Shown: positions 8,951-16,255 of the stretch, one piece after another
How the letters are laid out: the number at the start of each line of letters is the position of its first letter
Position numbering within the stretch: position 1 is the first letter of the stretch
Sequence record: NC_042105.1
From: Streptomyces phage BillNye
Length of the DNA: 32,000 nt
Strand: one strand, 5' to 3'
The notes under the pieces: generated by a model
Told to the model about the DNA's origin: nothing
The model's database searches: none
What the model saw: the letters and a program-made list of their open reading frames with translations, nothing else
Made by a program: the position numbers and the translations under genes

Positions 8951-9487
8951 ATGAGTAAGGATATAGAACTACTCGACCGAGTAGAGCAGATGAATAAGGT
9001 GGTGGAACGCTACCTCAAGGGAGAGAATCCCACAGCAATCGCTCGTGCCACCGGCATGAAGCGAGCAGACGTGCTTACCTACATTGACGAGTACAAGGAA
9101 ATTGCTCGCAATGACGATGAGGTCAAGGAACGCGCACGCGAAGCTTTGCACAGTGCTGATAAGCACATGTCCATGATTATTGAGCGAGCCTGGGAAACTG
9201 TTGAACAGGCTGACGACTCCGGGGACATTAAGACAAAGGCCACGCTTCTCAAGAACCTCGCTGATATCGAGGGCAAGCGTGTAGACATGCTGCAAAAGGC
9301 CGGGTTGTATGACGACGCCTCTCTCGGTGATGAGCTTGCCGAGATGGAAGAAAAGCAGCAGATTCTCATTTCCATCCTCAAGGAAGTAACCAGCGATTGT
9401 GACCACTGCAAGGTAGAGGTTGCCCGTCGTCTATCCAAGGTTACGAATAAGTCCGAACCAGTTGTCATTACTGGGGAGGTGAGCTGA
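8951..9487 (+). CDS. putative terminase small subunit
   Basis: N-terminal HTH-like NPTAIARATGMKRADVLTYI, coiled-coil middle, lies immediately upstream of terL. ATG 8951 chosen over GTG 8900, which covers the hairpin. Confidence 0.45.
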   Translation: MSKDIELLDRVEQMNKVVERYLKGENPTAIARATGMKRADVLTYIDEYKEIARNDDEVKERAREALHSADKHMSMIIERAWETVEQADDSGDIKTKATLLKNLADIEGKRVDMLQKAGLYDDASLGDELAEMEEKQQILISILKEVTSDCDHCKVEVARRLSKVTNKSEPVVITGEVS

Positions 9488-9511
9488 GCCCTCTCCCTTT
9501 TGGGGGAGGGC
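9488..9511 (+). other. hairpin between putative terS and terL
   Basis: GCCCTCTCCC / GGGGGAGGGC 10-bp stem (one G-U) with TTTT loop, 9 nt before ATG 9520. Confidence 0.4.
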
Positions 9512-9519
9512 CATTCGTC

Positions 9520-11328
9520 ATGTCCTTCGACTTTAATGAACTCCTGAATATGCTCGACGGAGAGGACTTCGATGAGAGACCCGTTTCCATCGAGACGTTC
9601 GTGCAGTCCGAAGACTATATGGGTCTTCCTGCGCTTTCAGATAATCAGTACCAGCTCATCAAGGCGTCCAGCCAGATTTACAAGCGGTCTACTCTCGTTT
9701 CCTTGTACGGGGAAGAGGAGGCCGACCGCAGGTTTGCTGAGACGATGAACGAGGTTATCTTCCAGCTAGGCAAGGGTTCGGGTAAGGGTTACACGTCGTC
9801 TATCGCGTGTGCCTACATCGTGTATCTGCTGATGTGCCTAAAGGACCCGGCCAAATATTACGGCAAGCCTCCCGGCGACCACATCGCAATTCTGAACATC
9901 GCCATTAACGCCGCACAGGCTCAGAACGTCTTCTTCAAGTATTTCAAGCAGCGTATTACCTCTAGTCCTTGGTTCGTGGGTAAGTACACCGAGAAGTCCG
10001 GCGAATTCCAGTTCGACAAGAACATTTTCGTTTACTCGGGTCACTCCGAGCGTGAGGCTTGGGAGGGTTACAACGTTATTTTCGTAATCCTTGACGAGAT
10101 TTCCGGTTTTGCTCTTGAGTCCACCTCGGGTAACGAGCAGGCAAAGACAGCTTCCGCTGTGTACAAGATGTACAAGCAGTCGGTTACGTCGCGATTCCCG
10201 GAATTCGGAAAGGTAGTTCTCCTCTCCTTCCCACGATTCAAGAACGACTTCATCCAGCAGCGTTACGCAGATGTTATTGCAGAGAAGGAAGTGCTAATTC
10301 GTAAGCACACCTTCAAGATTGTTGCAGACCTGCCTGACGGTACTGAGGGAAATGAGTTCGATATCGAGTGGGAAGAGGACCACATCATCTCGTATCGAAT
10401 TCCTAAAATCTTCGCGCTCAAGCGTCCGACGTGGGAAATTAACCCGCTCATCAAGCTCGATGACCTGATGGCTGCGTTCTACGACGACCCGATTGACTCG
10501 CTCTCTCGTTTCGCGTGTATGCCACCTGACGCCATCGACGCCTTCTTCAAGGACCGCGCCAAGATTGAGACAGCTTTTTCTAAGCAGTCGTCTTTGAACG
10601 AGGACAACTCGTTCCGGGAGTCATTTGTTCCGGACCCAGAAAAGCGTTACTACGTCCACGTTGACCTTGCGCGTGTCCACGACCATGCGGCGGTTGCCCT
10701 GGCCCACGTAGAAAAGTGGGAGCAGCGCAATATCGGTGGCAAGCTCACTGAGCCAGCTCCGGTGGTTGTGGTTGACCAGGTTCGCTACTGGACGCCATCG
10801 AAGACGAAGAACGTGGACTTTACTGAGATTCGAGAATATATCCTGAGTCTCAAGAGGCGCGGGTTCAATATTCGTCTCGTTACATTTGACCGCTGGGAGT
10901 CTGCTGACACCATGCAGTACCTCAACGAGCGTGGCATGAAGGCCGAACGACTGTCGGTAGCAAAGAAGCATTACGAGGACTTTGCAATGGTTATCGCTGA
11001 GGAGCGAGTTACCGGCCCTCAGATTGAACTTCTGATTGAGGAGCTTTTGCAGCTTCGCATTATGAAGAACGACCGAGTTGACCACCCTCGTAAGGGTTCA
11101 AAGGACCTTTCCGACGCGGTTTGTGGAGCTATCTATAACGCTATTGCACATACGCCAAGGAATGCTGACGAGGTTATTGAGGTCAAGACGCTGGAGTCTC
11201 TAAAGAGGGAGATTCGTCGCAACGAGCTGGAAGAGGAGCCTGTGAAGAATAACAATGTCATCTCAGCTCCGAAGCGCTCGATGCCACCAGAGCTAGAGAA
11301 CTTCCTGGCAAGGTTGAAGGTTCTTTGA
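9520..11328 (+). CDS. terL: terminase large subunit
   Basis: Walker A-like GKGSGKG, Walker B VIFVILDEISGF, C-terminal RNase H-like nuclease segment VHVDLARVHDHAAVALAH. Confidence 0.85.
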   Translation: MSFDFNELLNMLDGEDFDERPVSIETFVQSEDYMGLPALSDNQYQLIKASSQIYKRSTLVSLYGEEEADRRFAETMNEVIFQLGKGSGKGYTSSIACAYIVYLLMCLKDPAKYYGKPPGDHIAILNIAINAAQAQNVFFKYFKQRITSSPWFVGKYTEKSGEFQFDKNIFVYSGHSEREAWEGYNVIFVILDEISGFALESTSGNEQAKTASAVYKMYKQSVTSRFPEFGKVVLLSFPRFKNDFIQQRYADVIAEKEVLIRKHTFKIVADLPDGTEGNEFDIEWEEDHIISYRIPKIFALKRPTWEINPLIKLDDLMAAFYDDPIDSLSRFACMPPDAIDAFFKDRAKIETAFSKQSSLNEDNSFRESFVPDPEKRYYVHVDLARVHDHAAVALAHVEKWEQRNIGGKLTEPAPVVVVDQVRYWTPSKTKNVDFTEIREYILSLKRRGFNIRLVTFDRWESADTMQYLNERGMKAERLSVAKKHYEDFAMVIAEERVTGPQIELLIEELLQLRIMKNDRVDHPRKGSKDLSDAVCGAIYNAIAHTPRNADEVIEVKTLESLKREIRRNELEEEPVKNNNVISAPKRSMPPELENFLARLKVL

Positions 11329-11368
11329 GACAGGGGGGTTGACAAGCCCCCGTCTCTCTGGTTAGACT
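11327..11368 (+). promoter_or_regulatory. hairpin whose loop carries a -35 box, plus downstream -10
   Basis: GAGACAGGGGG...CCCCCGTCTC stem around TTGACA (11339-11344). TAGACT at 11363-11368 (18-nt spacer). Confidence 0.45.
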
Positions 11369-11398
11369 ATCTTTTAAGAAAGAAGAAAAAACAAAGAG

Positions 11399-11644
11399 AT
11401 GAATATTAACCTTATTAAGAAGGATGAAGGAATATGTGAGTGTGTAGGTAAGCATATTCCTCTACCTCACAAGCTGTTCAGGGTCGTAGAGGGAGACGTG
11501 ACGGTGGAAATCTGTCCCAACGCTCTCATGAACCTGCTAAGCTTGATGGAAGAACACCAGAAGCACGGTGGCAATCCGCCGGGTTCTGTGCGAAAGCATT
11601 ACTCAGAGTTTATCCATGATATCTACTCCCTGCTATACTTGTAG
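11399..11644 (+). CDS. hypothetical protein, 81 aa
   Basis: ORF downstream of promoter-like 11339-11368. No domain recognised. Confidence 0.5.
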   Translation: MNINLIKKDEGICECVGKHIPLPHKLFRVVEGDVTVEICPNALMNLLSLMEEHQKHGGNPPGSVRKHYSEFIHDIYSLLYL

Positions 11645-11661
11645 TAAGGAGGTAGTTATAT

Positions 11662-12369
11662 ATGACTCGTGTTCTAAACCGTCTTGTCCAGTTCGATGAG
11701 CGAAGCAAGGCGTATCGTGCCGTTGAAGGCATTGAAACTAAGCCACTCAGGTCTTACTCTTGGCGTTGTAACGCTTGGAACGACCAGGGCAAGGAAGGCG
11801 CTTGTGTAGGATTCGCCTGGTCACATGAGCTAGCCGCAAGGCCATCAGAGTACCCAGCAGATGCTACAGTAGCTCTAAATATTTATCACCGAGCTAAGCA
11901 GCTTGACGAGTTCCCCGGCGAGAGTTACGATGGAACAAGCGTCCTCGCAGGAGCCAAGGCGTGCCAGGAACTAATCGGTTCTCACGGCAAGCCACTGATT
12001 GGTGAGTACCGCTGGGCCTTCGGCATCGAAGACCTTCTACGTTCTCTTGCCTACAAGGGTCCTGCTGTGCTAGGAATTAACTGGCACGAAGGAATGTGGA
12101 AGCCAGACGCCAACGGCTTTATTCACCCAACGGGTAGCGTTGTTGGTGGTCACGCTATTTTGGCGCGGGCTGTCCGAATCGTATGGCGTAACGGCCATGG
12201 CCCTGCTAACATGGATAACGTAGACGTTCAGAAGTCCTATGTCACTCTAAGGAATTCCTGGGGTAGGGACTGGGGCCTAGGCGGCGATTGCCGAATCTCG
12301 GTTCTAGAGCTTAATGCACTGCTTCGCGAACAGGGTGAAGCTTGCATTCCAGTTGTTCGTTCCACGTAA
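11662..12369 (+). CDS. papain-like (C1 family) cysteine peptidase
   Basis: Catalytic-type motifs QGKEGACVGFAWS (Cys), GGHAIL (His), NSWGRDWGLGG (Asn-Ser-Trp). AAGGAGG SD. Confidence 0.7.
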   Translation: MTRVLNRLVQFDERSKAYRAVEGIETKPLRSYSWRCNAWNDQGKEGACVGFAWSHELAARPSEYPADATVALNIYHRAKQLDEFPGESYDGTSVLAGAKACQELIGSHGKPLIGEYRWAFGIEDLLRSLAYKGPAVLGINWHEGMWKPDANGFIHPTGSVVGGHAILARAVRIVWRNGHGPANMDNVDVQKSYVTLRNSWGRDWGLGGDCRISVLELNALLREQGEACIPVVRST

Positions 12370-12378
12370 GGAGAAGTA

Positions 12379-12639
12379 ATGTCCACTGCTGATGAGCGTT
12401 ATGAGCTGGCTCGTAGCGCGACCGACAAGATGGTTGACCTGGCTGAGACGTTCAACCAGATTGGCATTTACGGTGAGGACGAGTTCAAGGCGGCGGCTAC
12501 GCTGCTGATGTCTCTTTCTCGTGCCATGACCATCCTTGACCCTGATAAGGCCAAGGAGTACCGTGAAAGCGTTCTTGCTCAGCACGGTCTTGGCAAGGCA
12601 CCTGGCGGTATTGATTTTGCAGGTGGCCAGTACCTCTGA
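12379..12639 (+). CDS. hypothetical protein, 86 aa
   Basis: ATG after AAGGAGAAG. Ends just before the tRNA promoter. Confidence 0.55.
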   Translation: MSTADERYELARSATDKMVDLAETFNQIGIYGEDEFKAAATLLMSLSRAMTILDPDKAKEYRESVLAQHGLGKAPGGIDFAGGQYL

Positions 12640-12640
12640 G

Positions 12641-12670
12641 TTGACACGGCTCAGAATAATGTGTTAGTAT
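12641..12670 (+). promoter_or_regulatory. sigma70-like promoter for the tRNA-Pro cassette
   Basis: TTGACA (12641-12646), 18-nt spacer, TAGTAT (12665-12670). Confidence 0.55.
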
Positions 12671-12705
12671 TAAAGAGTTGGAGCCGCTCTCAATAATGGC
12701 TCTAT

Positions 12706-12777
12706 CGGGTACGAGGAAGACGGTAATCCGCTAGTTTTGGGAACTAGAGACACTGGGTTCGACCCCCAGGTACCCGA
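12706..12777 (+). tRNA. tRNA-Pro (anticodon TGG), copy 1
   Basis: Acceptor CGGGTAC/GTACCCG, anticodon stem CTAGT/ACTAG with loop TTTGGGA, T arm CTGGG-TTCGACC-CCCAG, A73. D stem is only 3 bp. Confidence 0.7.
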
Positions 12778-12778
12778 C

Positions 12779-12853
12779 CGGGATGTAGCTCAGCTTGGTC
12801 AGAGCGCTGCATTTGGGATGCAGAAGTCGAAGGTTCGAATCCTTTCATCCCGA
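12779..12853 (+). tRNA. tRNA-Pro (anticodon TGG), copy 2
   Basis: Acceptor CGGGATG/CATCCCG, D arm GCTC..GAGC, anticodon stem CTGCA/TGCAG with loop TTTGGGA, T arm GAAGG-TTCGAAT-CCTTT, A73. Confidence 0.85.
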
Positions 12854-12859
12854 CTCCAA

Positions 12860-12893
12860 GGGAGCTGTTATTAACTAACAGCTCCCTATTTTT
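12860..12893 (+). terminator. rho-independent terminator after the tRNA-Pro pair
   Basis: GGGAGCTGTT / AACAGCTCCC 10-bp stem followed by TATTTTT. Confidence 0.7.
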
Positions 12894-12899
12894 ATATCC

Positions 12900-13463
12900 A
12901 TGGCAGGGAGAGTGATACCCGTGTCTGTACGGGAAGGAAAACAAGGGAGGGACAGGTCACCATCTCGGCAAGATACAATTAAGAGGCTGAGAGAAATATG
13001 GGGGCCAGATTGCTTCCTATGCGGAAATCCGTTCGCAAGCGATTCAGATATCACCATCGAGCACTGGTTTCCACAGGCCGAGGGCAAGAGGCGTGGTTGG
13101 TCTTATGACAAGATTAACCACATTGACAATTTGAGGCTTGCGCACAAGCCATGCAACTCGGCCAAGGGTGATATCGTTCCTAACGAGGACGGAACCCTTC
13201 CCGAGCGACAGGTGAAGCAAAGGGTTATCAGGACTCCACGGCCAGACCGTTGTGAGACCTGTGAAAACGGCCGGTTGCTTCTGATTAACGAGCTGTGCGA
13301 TGATTGTGGTTCAGGACCACAGCCTAAGTCAGCTCCCAAGGCGACACAAAAGACGCCAAAGGAATGTAGCCACTCAGGTGTTGACCACTGCTGGATGTGC
13401 TTCATTGGTCACGTACCAAGGAAGTCTGCACTAGAAGTGATTATCACAGGAGAAAGTTCCTGA
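12900..13463 (+). CDS. HNH endonuclease
   Basis: ITIEHWFPQ...NLRLAHKPCNSAKG HNH core plus C-terminal CxxC zinc-ribbon pairs. Confidence 0.75.
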   Translation: MAGRVIPVSVREGKQGRDRSPSRQDTIKRLREIWGPDCFLCGNPFASDSDITIEHWFPQAEGKRRGWSYDKINHIDNLRLAHKPCNSAKGDIVPNEDGTLPERQVKQRVIRTPRPDRCETCENGRLLLINELCDDCGSGPQPKSAPKATQKTPKECSHSGVDHCWMCFIGHVPRKSALEVIITGESS

Positions 13464-13468
13464 GATTT

Positions 13469-13509
13469 TTGAGGGGGTTTCGTAATGTCTACGGAGCCCC
13501 TTCAAGCTT
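13469..13509 (+). repeat. hairpin + AAGCTT motif, copy 3 (long loop)
   Basis: TTGAGGGGG / CCCCTTCAA stem; AAGCTT at 13504-13509. Confidence 0.45.
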
Positions 13510-13527
13510 TCCTACGATGGAGGTAAC

Positions 13528-13953
13528 ATGGGTTACTACTCTGACTACGAGCTGGAGCTTAGGGGCAAGGGACCTATCTACAACCGGCTCAAGGATAATG
13601 CGCACAACATCGACGCGGCGGGTGTGTATAATCGTTCCCTAGAGGAGCTGATTAACGATGGTCTCTACGAGGTCAAGTGGTATTCTCATGCCGAGGATAT
13701 TGCGGCTATCTCGAAGGACTGGCCCAACGTGATGTTTGTTCTCTCTGCTGTTGGCGAGGACAACGAGCGCTGGCGGGTGTATGCCATGAATGGTAAGCAC
13801 CAGAAGGTCAACGGTCGCACGGTCTACGATGACCCGGACATGTCTCAGTTCGATTATCTTGACGAGGCAGAGATTCAGGCCAAGGAGGAGCGTAAGGCAG
13901 AGCTGAAAGCGATGCTCAAGAAGGTACAAGACGAACTTGACAGCCTTGGCTAA
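13528..13953 (+). CDS. hypothetical protein, 141 aa
   Basis: ATG after GGAGG. C-terminal coiled-coil-like KEERKAELKAMLKK. Confidence 0.6.
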   Translation: MGYYSDYELELRGKGPIYNRLKDNAHNIDAAGVYNRSLEELINDGLYEVKWYSHAEDIAAISKDWPNVMFVLSAVGEDNERWRVYAMNGKHQKVNGRTVYDDPDMSQFDYLDEAEIQAKEERKAELKAMLKKVQDELDSLG

Positions 13954-13965
13954 CTACGATATATT
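13937..13965 (+). promoter_or_regulatory. sigma70-like promoter for the tRNA-Gln/Trp cassette
   Basis: TTGACA (13937-13942, inside the end of the upstream CDS), 17-nt spacer, TATATT (13960-13965). Confidence 0.5.
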
Positions 13966-13996
13966 TAATACATAAGCACACGGGCTTCGGCCCTAT

Positions 13997-14071
13997 TGCC
14001 CACTAGCACAATTTGGCAGTTGCGCTCGGCTCTGACCCGAGAGGTTCTAGGTTCGAATCCTAGGTGGGCAG
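13997..14071 (+). tRNA. tRNA-Gln (anticodon CTG)
   Basis: Acceptor TGCCCAC/GTGGGCA (U1-A72, G73 as in bacterial tRNA-Gln), anticodon stem CTCGG/CCGAG with loop CTCTGAC, T arm CTAGG-TTCGAAT-CCTAG. Confidence 0.85.
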
Positions 14072-14083
14072 CTCGTAACACTT

Positions 14084-14154
14084 ATCCGCTTCGTATAATG
14101 GTAGTACAAGAGATTCCAAACCTCTTAGCGTGGGTTCGATTCCTACAGCGGGTG
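14084..14154 (+). tRNA. tRNA-Trp (anticodon CCA)
   Basis: Acceptor ATCCGCT/AGCGGGT (one G-U), anticodon loop TTCCAAA, T arm GTGGG-TTCGATT-CCTAC, G73. One A-C mismatch closes the anticodon stem. Confidence 0.75.
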
Positions 14155-14182
14155 CTCGACTTCCAGTCAAGGAGGTAATAAT

Positions 14183-14266
14183 ATGAAGGCTCTAGTGAAG
14201 TGGTTCGTCGCTTCTAAGCTTTTCGAAAAGCTACTTGCCAAGTGGCGCAGCCGCAAGGTAAGATAA
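14183..14266 (+). CDS. 27-aa basic amphipathic micro-ORF (MKALVKWFVASKLFEKLLAKWRSRKVR)
   Basis: ATG 14183 is 7 nt after a perfect AAGGAGG. Lies between tRNA-Trp and tRNA-Ile. Confidence 0.4.
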   Translation: MKALVKWFVASKLFEKLLAKWRSRKVR

Positions 14267-14296
14267 GAATATGGCTGGCAACCTACTGCCAACCAA

Positions 14297-14370
14297 TGGG
14301 GTATAGCTCAGGTGGTTAGAGCGCTTCGCTGATAACGAAGAAGTCGGGGGTTCAACTCCCTCTGCCCCAA
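14297..14370 (+). tRNA. tRNA-Ile (anticodon GAT)
   Basis: Acceptor TGGGGTA/TGCCCCA, D arm GCTC..GAGC, anticodon stem CTTCG/CGAAG with loop CTGATAA, T arm GGGGG-TTCAACT-CCCTC. Confidence 0.85.
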
Positions 14371-14374
14371 CTCT

Positions 14375-14461
14375 GGAAGTGTGGCCGAGTCCGGTTTATG
14401 GCGCTAGTCTTGAAAACTAGAGTGGGTAACACCACCGGGGGTTCGAATCCCTCCGCTTCCG
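14375..14461 (+). tRNA. tRNA-Ser (anticodon TGA), class II
   Basis: Acceptor GGAAGTG/CGCTTCC, anticodon stem CTAGT/ACTAG with loop CTTGAAA, long variable arm, T loop TTCGAAT, G73. Confidence 0.85.
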
Positions 14462-14471
14462 CTCCAAACAT

Positions 14472-14544
14472 GCTCGTGTGGTGTAACGGTGTGCACAATT
14501 CCCTGTCAAGGAATAGGCAGCGGGTTCAACTCCCGTCACGAGCG
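14472..14544 (+). tRNA. tRNA-Asp (anticodon GTC)
   Basis: Acceptor GCTCGTG/CACGAGC, anticodon stem ATTCC/GGAAT with loop CTGTCAA, T arm GCGGG-TTCAACT-CCCGT, G73. Confidence 0.85.
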
Positions 14545-14578
14545 CTTTACGCTGTTGTAGTCTAGACTAAGGAATAAC

Positions 14579-14782
14579 ATGGCCCGAGTGAAGAAGTTCG
14601 ACCTCAAGCCTCTGGACAAGGACAACCATTTTTCGGCGGTTGTGAACGGTAAGTTTCGCGGCCTGGTTGAGAAGTCTGGACGGTCGAATTACGCTCTGAT
14701 GCTGGGTAAGAAGAACCTGATTAACTTCACCAGCAAGAAGTCCCTTGAAGACTGGCTGCTTGCTAAGTGGCCTAACAAGTAA
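14579..14782 (+). CDS. hypothetical protein, 67 aa
   Basis: ATG after TAAGGA. Followed by terminator 14817-14846. Confidence 0.55.
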   Translation: MARVKKFDLKPLDKDNHFSAVVNGKFRGLVEKSGRSNYALMLGKKNLINFTSKKSLEDWLLAKWPNK

Positions 14783-14816
14783 ATATCGCGATAACTGAAT
14801 AATAAGAGAATAACCT

Positions 14817-14846
14817 AAGCCCCTAAGAAATTAGGGGCTTTTCTTA
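14817..14846 (+). terminator. rho-independent terminator
   Basis: AAGCCCCTAA / TTAGGGGCTT 10-bp stem, GAAA loop, then TTCTT. Confidence 0.65.
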
Positions 14847-14873
14847 TGGACCAAATCGTGAAAGGGATAAGCC

Positions 14874-15050
14874 GTGGAGCGCGAGCGCAAGCCTGAGATT
14901 GCTGTGAACCTCGTTCGCAAGAGCAACGAGGAGTATTACCGGATTGTCGATGACCAGGAGATGTTCCTGCTCAAGGCTCGTGGCAACGTCCACTTCGAGA
15001 AGGCACGCTTCGACAAGGGCCGTGTGGGCTCTTTCTACGTCGAGATGTAA
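14874..15050 (+). CDS. hypothetical protein, 58 aa
   Basis: GTG 14874 after AAAGGGA. ORF just below the track cutoff, codon usage like neighbours, followed by a hairpin+AAGCTT motif. Confidence 0.45.
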   Translation: MERERKPEIAVNLVRKSNEEYYRIVDDQEMFLLKARGNVHFEKARFDKGRVGSFYVEM

Positions 15051-15057
15051 TTTCTCG

Positions 15058-15081
15058 GCCGGGTTTCGGCCCGGCAAGCTT
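15058..15081 (+). repeat. GC hairpin + AAGCTT motif, copy 4
   Basis: GCCGGG...CCCGGC then AAGCTT (15076-15081). Confidence 0.6.
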
Positions 15082-15109
15082 TATTGTCCCCACTCATAAG
15101 GAGCCAGAC

Positions 15110-15346
15110 ATGGCTGAGGGTTGGAAGAAGAGGATGTATGAGTCCCTGGCAGAGATGCTGAGGGAGGAGCACAACCTTGACGCGGTGGAAGTCACCGAAT
15201 TTGAGGACTACACCGAATATGGCGGGTACTGTGAGACCTGCTACTATGAGGACACGAGGTGCAAGATTTCCTACGTGGACTCCCAGGGGGAGACTCAGAC
15301 CTACAATTATTACGGGTCGTTTGCGGAGCTGGTCGGCTCCATGTAG
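15110..15346 (+). CDS. hypothetical acidic protein, 78 aa
   Basis: ATG after TAAGGAG. CETCYYEDTRC motif. Confidence 0.55.
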   Translation: MAEGWKKRMYESLAEMLREEHNLDAVEVTEFEDYTEYGGYCETCYYEDTRCKISYVDSQGETQTYNYYGSFAELVGSM

Positions 15347-15600
15347 CATGGAGAAAGCGGGGACGGCAGGCTGTATCCCCCGACACCTGTCGTCCCCGCC
15401 TCCTATTCCCCCGTCGGGCCTCTCATGGACCCGCACCCCCTGTGGGCTCCCCCCGGAGCCCGTCCCCCTGAATATCCCCCAGGTGCTACGCTGTGGGGGT
15501 GACAGGCCGCACAGGCGGAAGCAGCGACTTGACCTCCCCACAGCGCGGACAAACCTTCAGCTTGCCGCCTGGCACCACGCGCCAGAGGTGGTACCCGACT
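15347..15600 (+). other. GC-rich (67-72%), C-tract-rich, hairpin-dense segment without a convincing CDS
   Basis: 14-bp stem 15357-15370/15386-15399, 7-bp stem 15444-15450/15455-15461, 10-bp stem 15489-15498/15536-15545. All six frames are open, as expected from GC content. Confidence 0.4.
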
Positions 15601-15685
15601 GGTAAACACTGGTTGGTTCGTCTCATGTGACACAGTTCATCATGGTTTGACATCCCCCGGCAATGGCTAGTATGGACTACTAGAT

Positions 15686-15725
15686 GGGGGTTGACAACTG
15701 GTCGGATGTGTGGTTGTCAAGCCCC
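15686..15725. promoter_or_regulatory. 13-nt inverted repeat overlapping a TTGACA box (candidate operator or RNA hairpin)
   Basis: GGGGGTTGACAAC (15686-15698) and GTTGTCAAGCCCC (15713-15725), 12/13 complementary, 14-nt spacer. Confidence 0.4.
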
Positions 15726-15899
15726 ATCTCACAAGACGGACAAGTGGCTCGTGTGGTACCGTCTGGGGCATGTCAGACACCCCCGTGTTCGACGCTCTGA
15801 GGGCCGAACGGCCAGACGTGAAGCTCGAACCTCCCCCGCCCCGTCCACGGCTCCTCACGGGCTACGAGTGGCCCAGACCAAGGCCCTGGAGCATCCACA

Positions 15900-16187
15900 G
15901 TGGACACTAAGCTCTGCGACTTCTGCAACGCTCCCAATCCGACCTGGATGGTGCCTGTGGCCCCGTTCAATTTCTTGGGCGGTCGGAGCGTAGACGAATG
16001 GCTCGCGTGTACGCCCTGTGCGGACCTCGTTCGTGCTGGGTTGTGGAACCGTCTGCTGGCTCGTGTCATCGAAGCTTGGGACCGTCAACACGACACGCCC
16101 ATGAACGCTGAGATGATTGAGATTATGCGGACCACCTACAAGAAGCTCAAGAAGAACGTAGACGGTCCTCCGGTCAGACTTCTCTGA
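15900..16187 (+). CDS. four-cysteine (CxxC...CxxC) protein, 95 aa
   Basis: GTG 15900 is 8 nt after GGAG. CDFC...CTPC pattern. GC-rich codons unlike the rest of the window. Confidence 0.5.
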   Translation: MDTKLCDFCNAPNPTWMVPVAPFNFLGGRSVDEWLACTPCADLVRAGLWNRLLARVIEAWDRQHDTPMNAEMIEIMRTTYKKLKKNVDGPPVRLL

Positions 16188-16205
16188 GGCACCCACAGGA
16201 AAAGC

Positions 16206-16240
16206 GAACACCCCCGGTTATACCTCTACCGGGGGTGTTC
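16206..16240. terminator. bidirectional terminator hairpin between convergent genes
   Basis: GAACACCCCCGGT / ACCGGGGGTGTTC 13-bp stem between the stops at 16187 (+) and 16256 (-). Confidence 0.6.
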
Positions 16241-16255
16241 CTGTGAGCCTGTGTC

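Noticed and set aside
15347-15730. attP or integration site interpretation of the hairpin- and repeat-rich GC segment
   Set aside because: There is no integrase or excisionase in the window and no match to the 3' end of any tRNA seen here. The overall genome features (rII genes, large tRNA set) point to a lytic phage.
15035-15993. Many overlapping ORFs in all frames of the GC-rich segment (15035-15541, 15177-15605, 15259-15471, 15403-15633, 15691-15993 and others)
   Set aside because: At 67-72% GC, stop codons are rare in every frame. The peptides are Pro/Arg/Gly low-complexity and mutually overlapping, and they lack SD sequences. Only 15900-16187 was kept, with 15770-15910 as a weak possibility.
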